A DNA stretch of 64,000 nucleotides from Bilabrum cf. latius (GCA_965178125.1 OZ237759.1:124001-188000), one strand, 5' to 3'; shown: positions 36,555 to 48,376, counted from the first letter of the stretch. Notes: generated from the letters alone by a model not told the origin. Translations and numbers: made by a program.

Positions 36555-38396
36555 ATGCCCGAAATCGATTTTACGGAACCCCAAAGAACCAAATTGCGTC
36601 TTAATGGGAAACCAATATGGAGTATGCGATTTGAGAGCGAGGACCTTATCACCGTAAAAAATGTCTTGGAATTTATTCGTGATTACGACGATGGTGGTGA
36701 AAATCCGTTTGATGACTTTAAATTTAAGGTGAATATCAATTACCAAGATACAGGTTGGCGAACACGAAGCACTTGGATTACTACAGATGATTTAGAAAAT
36801 CAAGATAGTTTATGGGCGGGCTACGAAGACGACGATGACGACGAATATAGAAAATTGAATTCTTTTGAACTACTGCTTATTAGAAAGCCAGAACCAGAAG
36901 GCGGTGCTGACGAACATAACGATTGTTTATATAACGCTATAAAACAGGCTTTTCCTTTTTCAGTTGGTCGTAAGGTAAATGTAAAGAGCGCAAAAGGCAA
37001 ATGGAAAACTACTATTAAAAGATTGTCGAAGTCCGACCTCAAAGAACTCTTGAAAATTGGACGTGATGACCCCGTTGATTACAGAAGAATACCAGAGATA
37101 GAAGACGAACTTCAAGTACGCATTCATGTTGTAGGCGACTTTGAATACACATCTGGAAAAACTCATTTTGACCGTCTTCTAACTGTTTCATTAACAAATG
37201 GGCATTACAAGTATGTTCCCCCCATTAGTTAGAAAGAATTATTTACACCGCCGTCTAAAGAACCGTGTACGCTAATTACCCGCTTGTATCAATCCGAGAA
37301 TTCTTATTTACTATTTGATGGAGACCGTGAGTATCAATCAGAAGGCATTACATCAGTTTCCAAGGATAAATTCATCTTTGAAGTCAAGTCCAAGGAAGAA
37401 CTAAGAACAAAACACGAAGAACGGATGAAAAATGTAAGGGCATTAGCGAAGGAGACGGGTGGATATATGGATTTATCACGATTTATGTTTAGAACATCCC
37501 TATTTGTAAAGTCGTATTTCAGTAAGTTTTCCAAACTTTACCCTGCCGACCCGATTGACCAAGTTGAAGCACTATGGATTTCTAAAGCCTCGGGTGGTGG
37601 ATTGAATTGGGCAAACAAGAATACTACATTAAAAAACGCATACCAGTACGATATTAACTCATTTTATCCAAGTATTATGAAGGGTACATTTACATTTCCG
37701 GTTAGAAGGGGTAAGTTCGTAAAATTTGAAGTACCTTCAAGTGGTTTCTATCCGTACGGCATTTTTAGGGTACATATTGAAAATATCAATTCTAAATTGG
37801 TACAAAAAAGAAAAAACAATTATTATACCCAATATGACATTAACCGAGCGATTGAGACGGGCGCTTAGGTGTCTCTGATTGAAGACGGTGAAGCCAACGC
37901 TTTACTTTACGATGAGACAACAAGGGTGAAGGCAAATGGACTGTTCAAAACGATGATTGAGCGATTGTACGGTTATAAAAAATAGGGATTGAAGTGTGCG
38001 AAGGAGATACTAAATAATATTTGGGGTTCTCTATGTTAGAAAAACACAATCACAAAAACACTCCGAGATGGTGATTGTATGAATTTTAGACAATTAAAGA
38101 ACGCGTATCCTAAAGCATCTGGACGACTTGTATCGGGTATACTATATGACGAAGAGTACGATTACAAAACAGCCTACGCAAGAATGGGCCCCTTTCTGAC
38201 TGGACTTGGACGAAGTAAATTGTCCAAAATGATTGAGCCATATCTTGAAAACATTCACTATGTCAACACGGATGGTTTCATTAGTGAGAAAGAATTACCT
38301 CTAAAGTTATCAACGAACCTTGGGGGTATGAAGTTGGAGCAATCAGGTGAATGTCAAATTATTCACAGTAAGAAGAAAATTTTTAGAAAAGATTGA
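36555..38396 (+). CDS. Protein-primed family B DNA polymerase, 613 aa
   Basis: Motif A YDINSFYPS, motif B KEILNNIWG and motif C YVNTDG in one frame through TAGs at 37230, 37866, 37983 and 38037; ends at TGA. Confidence 0.9.
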
Positions 38397-38397
38397 A

Positions 38398-38670
38398 TTA
38401 AATAGTCTGCTTTTCCTTTAGTCTCTAAATTTCCTATCGCAAACTATCAAGTTCATCCATAATATTAATTTGTTCCCTTTTTGTGTCTTCCTCTTTTTGA
38501 AGCCAATCAAGGTGTTTTTTGGTTCTACAATGATGTGATTTATTGTACTTCTTATATACACCACCACAGGAACACTTTATCTATTCTCCAAGTTTTTCCT
38601 TGTTTTTCCGGTAGTATTCACGGGCATACAGCTTATCCTGTTCTTTTCTTTCTGAATGACTGAGTGTCAT
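38398..38670 (-). CDS. Zinc-ribbon/C2H2 protein of the type common in virophages, 90 aa
   Basis: YAREYYRKNKEK..IKCSCGGVYKKYNKSHHCRTKKH; 3 TAGs; ends at TAA. Confidence 0.75.
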
Positions 38671-38711
38671 TTTTGTATTCTATAGTATTATACTATAGAG
38701 TTAGATTTAAG

Positions 38712-39353
38712 TCATACATTCTACCAAGCAATTTTTAGAGCATCACTTTTCCCATATCCTCTACCTCTTAACTACTGAGCGATTTTCATTGCTAGTTTTG
38801 CTTTTGGGTTTTTCCGACGGCGCCTCCCTTTTCCAGTTTTTTGTGGTTTAAAACTCTACTTCGCTCTTTCGTTCGAGCCCCAATCAGGCACTTCACCACC
38901 CATTCGCATTACTCTAGCCTATCTCGATGATAATAGTTCTTTCTAACTATTTCCCTTCTCTCTAGCATCAAAAAATTCACGCATAGTATCTCTCCGTTCT
39001 GACGCATATTTTCTATGAATTGCCTAATTAAAATCATCAAGTGTTGTGTCGTGTTGCTCGTGTAGTGATGGTGATAAGAATTTTAGTATACCCACGTCAT
39101 AATCACCATCACTATCTTTGTCAATTCCTAGCGTATCAAATTCTTGTTCGGTCTTTTCGGCGAGCATTTCCATCATTTCCCTTTCCTAAGGGTTTACATA
39201 TACACGATTAGCGTACTTTTCCCCTATACTCTAGTGCTTCCTCAATCCTTTCAAAATTGCTAGTGCTTGTCTAGCGTCTTTCCCCAAACTCTGATGTGGC
39301 TAACTAGCCAGTAAATGTAGTTGTTCTTCGGTATAATCATCAACACCCGCCAT
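38712..39353 (-). CDS. Virophage hypothetical protein (acidic N-terminus, basic C-terminus; possible core protein), 213 aa
   Basis: ATG after TATAGTA; the inspected segments are open when TAG is read through; TGA stop in frame. Confidence 0.65.
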
Positions 39354-39373
39354 TTACTATACACAATCATAAA

Positions 39374-40630
39374 TTAATCATACGCAAACATTTTCCAAGC
39401 CTACTTAAGTGCTGTCTTCTTGGATATTCCTTTTCCTCTTAAAATGGACGCCATTTTCATAACTCTTGAACGTTTTGTTTCACACTGACATTGACCTCCA
39501 AATATTTCCAGATACATACCCGATACTGGGTCATTCGTATGCGAATGGATTTCTTTCATAATTGGTCTTCCAACTGTTTTAGTTGCTAAATCCCAACCTT
39601 CCTTAAAATCTTGTCCAAAATCCCTTTCTGTGTTCTACTTATGCTTTTCCTAATTTTTTCTTAAAGCGTTTCTTACATCTTCCGGTAAATCATCTAAACC
39701 TCTCCCGAACCATTTGGAAAAATACCCAGCCACATCAGTAGCAGCATTAGCCACTCTCTTAGTAAATCCCGATACGTTCTTAGCAATACTCTCTACATCC
39801 TACATAATAAATTGGTTTAAGGGTGGTGTCAAAAACCCATTTGTGCGTAGAACATCCTAAATGAACTTTTGACAATTCAACGAGAAAGCACGATACTAAT
39901 AAAAATTGTATTCTCCTATTTTCTGTAAAGTGGTTTCATATAATTCCCTTACTGTTTTCTAAGGTTTTCCATTAATATTTACTTCCATAGTTTGTGTTTT
40001 CTTGTTGGTGGAAAATCTTGAGGACAAATTAACCCTCTCATTCTTCTCAAGATAAATCTTTTTTCCACCTCCAAGGTTCAACTCTAAGGCTAAGTGAAAA
40101 AAATCATTATATCCGTGTTTATTTTTTAACTTTTTCATTTTTCCAAGGGTAATCCAGTTAAGCAACCGATTAATCGCGCCACTAATGGGGGTTCTAATTA
40201 CTTTCATAGCTATAATTGTTCTATCCCCGTATTGCTGTAGTGTTCTCTGGACTTCGTTTGAATTCCCATACACTACTCCACCCTTAAGCTGTTGCGCCAG
40301 CTAACTGCGCCGAGAGGGGGTGCTTCGCAAACCATCTTTTAAATACTAATGAAGTGTGTTGGATTGTGTGGATTTCTTCTAGGATTTCTTTTTTGGTTTT
40401 CCTTTTGTTCCCACACCATCTTTAAGCTGTTGCGCCAGCTAACTGCGCCGAGAGGGGGTGCTTCGCACACCATCTTCAAACTTAATTGCTTTTTCAAGGG
40501 CTTCTTTAGAATAAGGATGTTCACTTTTCCATGTCCTTGTTGTTTTACTCTTTGGTTCTTTGACACTAATGTACGTCTTAACAAAACCAGAATTCATTTT
40601 TCCGCCACTAAGTGTATAAAAACTATCCAT
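39374..40630 (-). CDS. Virophage protein with a permuted papain-like (PPPDE/LRAT-like) domain, 418 aa
   Basis: FFHLAL..YLEKN..YRAFSLNCQKFI (His before NC); ORF-track fragments 40439-40630 and 39959-40273 share one frame; ends at TAA. Confidence 0.65.
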
Positions 40631-40655
40631 TTAGTATAGGCTTGTATTAAAAAAC

Positions 40656-41273
40656 TCATAGACGACTTCCAAGACCGAAGGTTTTCCGGACGAATTCCTC
40701 CAGTTGCTAAAAGGATGAATAGACACAGTACTAACTCTAATGTAATCCAGCGATTAAATTCGTTCTTGAGCGTTCTACAGACAATAAGTCCCCCGATTTT
40801 TTCCCTTCACGGATTTCCTCAAAAAGACTGTGAGAAGGCACACACACAAAAATTGAACTTTCCTTAAATAAATCTTTCGCTAATTCCAACGAACCAACCA
40901 TAACAATTAAACGCCTGGATTTCTTTGTGAGCCAATCCGCTTTAATTTTTTCATACACTAATCTTGACTAAGAGTAATAAAAGAGACGGTGGGTGCTTTC
41001 ATCACCATCAATTAGCATTTTCTCCATTTTCTATTTTTCCTACCCTGAAATCTAACCATTTACGCATTCATCTAAGTCAATGACCAAAGTGTCTTTATCA
41101 ACACTTTCTATAGAGCGACACAAAGTAGTTTTCCCAGAGCCTTTTGGAACAACCACGCAGGATTTCTGTTTCTAAGTTCCGTCTTTCGTCCACCAAGAAT
41201 ATAGACACCGACTACCAGAATACATTAAAGGAGCCAAAGTCCCAGCAACCATTACAGCAGATGATACTGACAT
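40656..41273 (-). CDS. Small P-loop NTPase/kinase-like protein, 205 aa
   Basis: VVVPKGSGKTTL followed by LVIDLD; hydrophobic N-terminus; ends at TGA. Confidence 0.7.
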
Positions 41274-41328
41274 TGTTTTGATATACTATATACCAAGACA
41301 AATATTTATTGGTTTACCCTTTTCATAC

Positions 41329-43095
41329 TCAAGCTTGGAGCATAGCGAGTAATTGATTGCGAGAGAGAGATTTACCACCTGTTAATCCAGAACCCAACTT
41401 GGCACCTGTTAAGCCCTTGCCTTTCTTGGTAGTTTTTCGGGGTTTCCTTTGGCGTCCCATACCAGCCATTTCACCCACCATTTTAGCGGTGTCAAATACC
41501 TACTTACCATCCTTTAATACTTTTTTGAGATTGCCTTTCTTTACCCAATCAGCGGTTTTGTGTGCGAACTTTTTTAAGGCGTGTCTAATCTTTTTCCCAA
41601 GACCGCGACCGTGTAGTCCTGATAATTGACTTTCATATACTACGGGTAGTTTAGAGGCGGAAAGAACATCTGCCCGTGAGATGACACCCTGCTAATACTC
41701 AATCTTAGAACCATCAATCACATTCATTACTCCTTCGTACAATCCCACAACCACACACTACACATTTTGGTAATCTACAACATCATTATTCTTCACTCGT
41801 AGGGTGATAGACAATTGGTTAGAGCCGTTGCTTCCATTTGTCTAATCTACATCTAGGCTCAAATCCTTGGCGGGGTCGATGGAGAGAATTGCGCCTGATA
41901 GCACCCTATCCCCGAATTTACGCATAGCCCATTCCGCGTATTGCTATTCAAGTCCATTGCTTCTGGATAAGTCCCATAGCTACTGAGGTGAAGCATCTGC
42001 GAGTAATCCACTTTGGTTATTCATCTCAATAGATATTCCCTCAATTCCAAGGAATGTGTTTCCCTAATCTACTGAGACGCTGGTAGGTGAGCGACGGGCA
42101 AACACAAATAGACGAGATGGAACTGAATTGCTAAGTTTAATATTGTTGTTCGTAAGAGTTGCTGTTGTTCCTGCGCTGATTGTTGCACCATAGCTTTGAG
42201 TATATGAAGTCATTTCAAAAATATCATAGGATACCTGTTTTGGAAGGACAAACCCTGTTTTAGGGGTAATCTATTCAAGGTATAAATAGGGGTTCTGGAC
42301 ATCTACCGACTAAACGGTAGCAGTTAAGTCCTATTGTGGAATACGAGACCACACGGTTCTACTCAGTTGCGACCAATTGATATCCAAGGAAAGAGTTTCT
42401 AAACCGAAAATGGCTGGTTGTTCCTATTTACTTTCGTAATGGAAAGGTGGGCAAAGAACCGCCTCAGTACATTCAAAGACAAGAACACGATTTTGCGTTT
42501 GACCTGCGGGCACTGGAGTGTTATCCATTTGAACCAAGTTATAAAATCCACTTCCTCTTGCGGGTTGGTCCTAAAGCACGTCCTCATACGAAGCAAGAGC
42601 GTTATTTGTAGCCTAACTCATCATCGCGTATGAAGGCACATTGTCGCGTCTATACACACTATCAAGGCAATTCACACGATGAACATCATCATCTAAACAA
42701 TGGGACACTACGTCCATTATTTCCGCGTTATTCTAAGTAAAGCGAATGTTATTGATACCAACTGTCTGTGTTGCAATGGAGCGATTAAGTGGATATGAGC
42801 GTGGAGCATCGTAATCTGGTGTAAATGGTACGAGAGCACCTGCGGTTTGATTATTCACGGAAAAGGTAATGGAAAAACGGCAAGACACGTATGCGCGGCG
42901 GCATAAACCTACACCTGAAGGCATACTAATATTCCAATTCACACCTGAATTATAATTACCGGCTGAACCAGATGGAGCGTATCTGCGAAACGTTCGGTTC
43001 TCATAACCTTCTTGAACTTCATAAGGCTTTGGTTGTACGTCTAATGTTGCGGGAGATACTTTGACTGGCTGAAGGGCAAATGTATTCAATGACAT
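41329..43095 (-). CDS. Virophage major capsid protein (double jelly-roll), 588 aa
   Basis: APRSYPLNRSIATQTVGINN, NNALASY..PARG, TEAVLCPPF, VPSRLFVFARR and ISIEMNNQSGLL..LWDLSRSNG resemble virophage MCP motifs; Gly/Lys-rich C-terminal tail; ends at TGA. Confidence 0.9.
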
Positions 43096-43200
43096 TTTTG
43101 TTTTCCTTGTATATTATATACAACGAATAAAATTCTATCACTCAGTTCTTTAGAAAAGAACGCAAACTCGTTTCTTCATAAAAGTAATACAAAACTAATT

Positions 43201-44310
43201 TCACTTCCGTTTCTTAAATAAAAACTTCACACTCACACTTCCGTGGCGTAAATAAAGAGGTCTTAGATTTGAATAATTGTCTTTCCAATATAGATTAAAC
43301 TAAATCCTATCTACTGAATGTGTATCTAAAAAATCAATTTCGTGGAGAATATGGGGCTGGTATTGAAGAACCTACTAATTAACTGTTTCAGTATCATCTA
43401 ATACACAATCCATATCCACTAATAAACTCTCGGTCCCTGAACCTGAATTTTGAACTGTATTAGTGGATTGTCCATAGGCGGATTTCTAGGATATTGCCTC
43501 ACTCCTCACTGGAAGACTTGAAGATGTGAAAACTATTCCGCGAAAAATCTAAAACTACACTAAACTCCCTCGTTCCTAGGTCATCATTAATCTGTAGTCT
43601 CCCGTTGGGTTTCCCTCGAAGTATGCCTAAGGTTCATATTTTCCAACAGAAGAGCCATCATCAAATAAAACATTCGTTCCTAAGGATTTGAATAGAATGC
43701 TTGCGTATAAGTCGTCATCTTGGATATCCATTCGTTCCATAGGAAAACCCGTCATCAGTTCGTTAAGGGCTTCGTTCAACACTAATTTAAATTTCTGTCC
43801 TGAGTTTTCCTCGTCGTAATCGGGATTTGCTACTAAACTGAACTTTCCATCTTTAAAGAGTAAAACCGGAACTGATGTAATATCCGCTGATAAAGCATTC
43901 TATATGGTTTCGTTGAATAAATCAACAAAATGCTACACGGAATACATATAATAATAAGGAACAAACTACATAGGATTGGAAAATGATGGTTGGTTTTCCC
44001 CTGTTAACTAGGGTCTCCACTGAATGCTTGAGGTCCACAAACTTACTCCGTCTTCATCTGTAATGCTTATTCTATACACCGTTTGATTAGGATTTGAAGA
44101 TGGATTTTTCACTTTATCGGTTTCTATGTGTGGAACCCATAAAGGTATTGAATTGGTGCTTATGGAAAACCGGAATACTGACATCGTATAATCACCAACA
44201 TCCTTATCTAATAATGGCTACTTGCGGGTTTCGCTATAGGTCGCTGGTTGGAAAGTATCTTCGTTATTTCGTATGTTTGCGGTAATGTAAAATCGGTCTG
44301 GAGAACTCAT
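43201..44310 (-). CDS. Virophage minor capsid protein (penton), 369 aa
   Basis: N-terminal FYITANI..ATYSETRK(TAG)PLL..DYTMSVFRFSI..IPLW and C-terminal SVKFLFKKRK; directly upstream of the MCP gene. Confidence 0.85.
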
Positions 44311-44366
44311 TTTACTATAGACGTTTATAATTATGGGGTGGGTTTGATTACTTTTCTAAAGTATAA

Positions 44367-44858
44367 TTAAGATGGTGTAATAAGTGAACCTGACACTAAG
44401 GATTTCCAACTAGATGTAGAAGAACTGCCAATCGCCACATAGACATCGTTGTCGCTTCCATTATACACTAAAGCGCCCTTGAACTTTCGCTCTGCTGACG
44501 TATTAATAGGGGTAGAAGCGTCAGCCAATGTAGCTCCAGCAACCTCACTCAGCCCAACAACACCCTCTTGAGAAGTCTTGAATGAACCAACTAGTGAAAT
44601 ATCGCATCTTTCTCCTTCTTCGCTCATACTGAACTGACAACCAGCAGACGCTCCGTTTTTTCCAAACCGTAGAACAGTTTCACCCCACTCCATATAAGGC
44701 TCTCCGTCTTTGAATTCAATACTTGGATTGCCTATGACTGCTCCCGTAGAGTTAGTAATTGCGGACACTTTAATTGCGTCGCTACTCACAACATTACACG
44801 TAATAGTTTGAGACATAAGGTCTAGACTGTTCTTAGATAGAAGATTTGAAACTGACAT
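44367..44858 (-). CDS. Putative fibre/spike-like virion protein, 163 aa
   Basis: Uninterrupted ORF next to the penton gene; N-terminal MSVSNLLSKNSLDL and Ser/Gly-rich beta-like composition. Function is inferred. Confidence 0.5.
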   Translation of the reverse strand: MSVSNLLSKNSLDLMSQTITCNVVSSDAIKVSAITNSTGAVIGNPSIEFKDGEPYMEWGETVLRFGKNGASAGCQFSMSEEGERCDISLVGSFKTSQEGVVGLSEVAGATLADASTPINTSAERKFKGALVYNGSDNDVYVAIGSSSTSSWKSLVSGSLITPS

Positions 44859-44923
44859 TTTATAGTATATCCACAGAAATAATTTTTATCAGGTTGCCAA
44901 AAGATGTAAATAAGAGGTTTTGG

Positions 44924-46105
44924 TCAATCTTTTCCTAAAAGATGTAATAGTTCCATAGCAACCTAATGATGAATATCTTTATCGGCTCCTTTTACTTTCT
45001 TGGCTACATTCATTGCTGTATCATAGATAATCCTTTTTCCACCTCGTAATCCTTTCCCCTTTTTTGGTTTTCCACTTTCTTCTACAGTCATTGCGCGTGA
45101 TGGTGGGTCTTCTAAATCAGGCTACTAAATTCCATAGGGCGGACTAAACCCCGTAAATCGCTACACAGGTCTAGTAGCACGTTTTCCAATTCCCTGCTCA
45201 ATTTCTATCCTACTCGGCATATCATAGTACTCACCAGTTTCTGGGTCCCATGCCCCCGGAGTGCTTCCTTGCGGTAGTGGTCTTTCATTGCTCGCTGCGG
45301 CTAATATGGCATCTAAGTCTTTTGATGTTTTTGACGCATTACTACTTGAACCCTCTTGAAAATGCTAAAACATATTTGTCTGCCCCTGTGATGTTCTTTG
45401 TGAGAAATTCTTTCCCTATTCTAAATCCCACGCTATTCGTTGTTTTTCAGTTAAGGGTCTGTCTTGTTGTATTCTTTCTCTGGCTCTTTCCAATAACTAT
45501 TTATACGCACCCGAAGACCTTTTTGGAAGCTGTACTTGTGTTGGAGCGGAAAACGTGTTTCTTCTTGTTGTTCGAGCAGGTGTTTGTAAAGATGTTGGCT
45601 ACTAATCAATTCCCAACATTCCCTACGGTATTCGTTGTCCGGATGCCTCCTATATAACTTTCCCTAATTCTAAGAGTTGTTTTCTGTCTTCAGCTGGAAC
45701 TCTCTGCAGTCCTTCGTAGCCTTTCCTTTGAAATCTCTCAATATTTACGTATTGACGGGCTAGTTGTTGCTTCATTTGTGGAGACATATTGATATTACCA
45801 ACAAAATCCTTCAATGCTTTCACTGCTGGACTTACATTTTTACCCTCAATAATACCTTTCATTATACCAGATATTGACTTAGATATGATTTCCTCGTTGC
45901 TTTGGTCTGCCTATTTTCTCTACGCTGGAGTTCCATACCTTCCACTTTCTTTTAATCGTTCAATTTTTGCCCTTTTCCTTATAAAATCACTATATTCTGT
46001 TTCTAAATCTACGTCGTCCCTTGCCTGTAAATCTAACATTTTAGCATTGTCCAGTTCCCTTTCTAGGGCTTGCTGAATAAGAGCATTCACTTTAGCAGTT
46101 TTCAT
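44924..46105 (-). CDS. Virophage hypothetical protein (low complexity, candidate core protein), 393 aa
   Basis: Manually translated; open throughout when TAG is read through; contains GKGLRGGKR; ends at TGA. Confidence 0.7.
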
Positions 46106-46168
46106 TTACTATAAGCTTTTATAAAAAGCTTGACCAAAAAATAAAAAAAAGTGTTTGTGTATAGTATA

Positions 46169-46408
46169 ATGGATATTGATAAGTGGATTATATAGAGAAC
46201 CAAACAACTCGCGCTATAGAAAGAACAAGACGCTTTAAATAGAGTTAAAAACAAACATATTAAAGTTGGAAAAGGCCGTAGTAAGCCTAAGCGGAAAGTG
46301 AGCGCCAAAATGAAACGCCGCAATAAACTTGTAAAAATGGTGATGTAGTAGACTGGTATGAGTTTACCTCAAGCAAGTCGGTATATACGAGAATAGAATA
46401 TTATTTAA
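46169..46408 (+). CDS. Small basic protein, candidate DNA-condensing core protein, 79 aa
   Basis: GKGRSKPKRKVSAKMKRRNKLVKMVM(TAG)(TAG)TGMSLPQASRYIRE; 5 TAGs; TATAGTA upstream; ends at TAA; absent from the ORF track. Confidence 0.75.
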
Positions 46409-46437
46409 AGAAACTTTTATAACAAGTTTGACCAAAA

Positions 46438-47340
46438 TTACATAAGGTAAGCCTACTTTTCTCCTAATAAATACCTCGGGTAATTCCTGTGGACACATAC
46501 CCACCTAGAAGGCATTTTTAAGACTTTAGAGATTTCTTGTTTCTCAAGTCCTATATAATTTTTTAGTAAATACCTTAGAGAATGTGCGGAAGAACACTAA
46601 GGGAATATAACGAACTTATGACTTTCCGCAAGAATAATTCGGGTACTTTTATAGTTGGTAGATAAATGACTTGTGATTAATACAGAAGTATTCGAATGTC
46701 TTCCAACCTACAATATTTCATCCTGTAAATGATTGAGGGCTTCCCTTAACTTCTTATCTTTGATTGTATCAATATCATCCAAGATTACTAAGGCGTCCCT
46801 TAATTCCTAATGAATATCAATCGGGTTCTCCACCAGTTCCTCATTTAAAATAATCCTTTTCAGTCCTTTCACTTCATCTAAGACTTTATCCTACTATACT
46901 CGTGAAAATAAAATAATTCTCCTGTTTGGAAACATTCTGTGATAATTCTTAGCATATTTGGAAACCCAAGTAGACTTCCCAGCACCTGATGGTGCGGTGA
47001 TATAAATGACCTCTCTTCCTTTTGGATTTGGTAATGATTGGAATTCACCCTATTTTAATGTAATCTCTTTATGTTTCTTTTCCTATGCTTTTTCATACAA
47101 GTATTTGATGTCTTCGTCTAGGGGTTCGACCTGTTTGATTAAGTGTCGTGCTAATAAATCCATTTTCCTCTGCGGAAATCGTTTCCCTGTAAGTGATGAT
47201 ACTTGAAAATCCTAAAATGACATACTATCATCTCCAAATTGGTTGTCTGTGTTTTCCGCCGTGTATAAAATACGTTTTCCGTGAGTGTCATATGCGATGG
47301 GTGTTGATTTTGTAGTTTCCTTCCAAGAAAAATGAGCCAT
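46438..47340 (-). CDS. FtsK/HerA (A32-like) genome packaging ATPase, 300 aa
   Basis: Walker A YITAPSGAGKST, Walker B LVILDD and EIL(TAG)VGRH..LITSH; ends at TAA. Confidence 0.92.
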
Positions 47341-47529
47341 TTTAGTGTATTTACTATATGTTTTTATTTTTTCTAAAGTGTTTTGTCTTTTTGTTGAAAA
47401 CTTATTTTGAATGATTGTCTTTTATGCTATCCACAAATTCCAAAACGGATTTTGTAGAAATACTTCTACGCTTAAATAGTGGTTAAGAGAATTCATCTCC
47501 CCCAATATATGTTTCTATAATAAATATAT

Positions 47530-48066
47530 ATGGATTATGCTCTTAGCGATAGTGATATTCGTGTTCTCCTCCAAACTCCACCAAATATTAAGGGGTTTCT
47601 TCCTACGTCGGTAAACATCGTTCCATATACAGAATTAGGATAGTACAATAGTATTGATGGATTATTTAGTCGTTGTAATTGTTGTATCATTCTATACCAA
47701 GAAGAAATAAATTCTGGACACTGGGTGTGCTTATTTAAGCGTAATAAAACAATATACTTCTTTGACAGTTATGGAATTCGTCCTGATAGGCAATAGCACA
47801 CAATGAGTGAAAGCGTGCGGAAACGTTTTTATGAAGACCCTGAGTTAATATATTTAATGTATCATTCTCCGTATAAGATTGACTATAACCCATATTAGTT
47901 TTAGGCGGATGGAATGGATATAGCAACCTGCGGGAGACATTGTATAGTTCGTCTTTGGAATAGGGGAAAAAACGCTGATTAGTATAAAAAGTGGGTGGAT
48001 AAGGTTTGTAAGAAACATACATTAAATCCTGATGAATTAGTGTATTTATTGACGTGTCATTTATGA
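47530..48066 (+). CDS. Adenain/Ulp1-like cysteine maturation protease, 178 aa
   Basis: GHWVC (His), FFDSYG (Asp) and F(TAG)ADGMDIATCGRHC (Gln, Cys); 5 TAGs; ends at TGA; absent from the ORF track. Confidence 0.92.
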
Positions 48067-48345
48067 ACTCCAAAGGTAAAAATGTGAGAAGAACTTTGGG
48101 GTTCTTGGTTTTACTTCGATACCGTGTCGTTTGAAGTATCTAAATTGGCGGTCCGTATCTAAATGATTTAAATGGCTGTAATACCCTATTCTATCGTAAA
48201 ATTGCTAATACCGCCTATCACCAAACGATGTAATATATTCATCATTTTCGTCAAAAACATCATACTTCTTATTCTTGCGTCTTGAGGGTGCTTTAAATAG
48301 AAAATTCTCAACAACCTTTTCAAAATCGTAGGTATGTAGCTTCAT
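48061..48345 (-). CDS. Conserved small virophage/polinton protein (Tlr6F/DUF5754-like), 94 aa
   Basis: RKNKKYDV..SFGDRRY..YFKRH..TPKFFSHFYLW; its stop overlaps the protease 3' end by 6 nt (TTATGA). Confidence 0.6.
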
Positions 48346-48376
48346 AAGTACTTTATAGTATAGTCTTCTACTTATA

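Noticed and set aside
44367-44858. The TAG-free fibre-like ORF as a recent acquisition from a standard-code virus
   Set aside because: It contains only three Gln codons, so the absence of TAG is uninformative.
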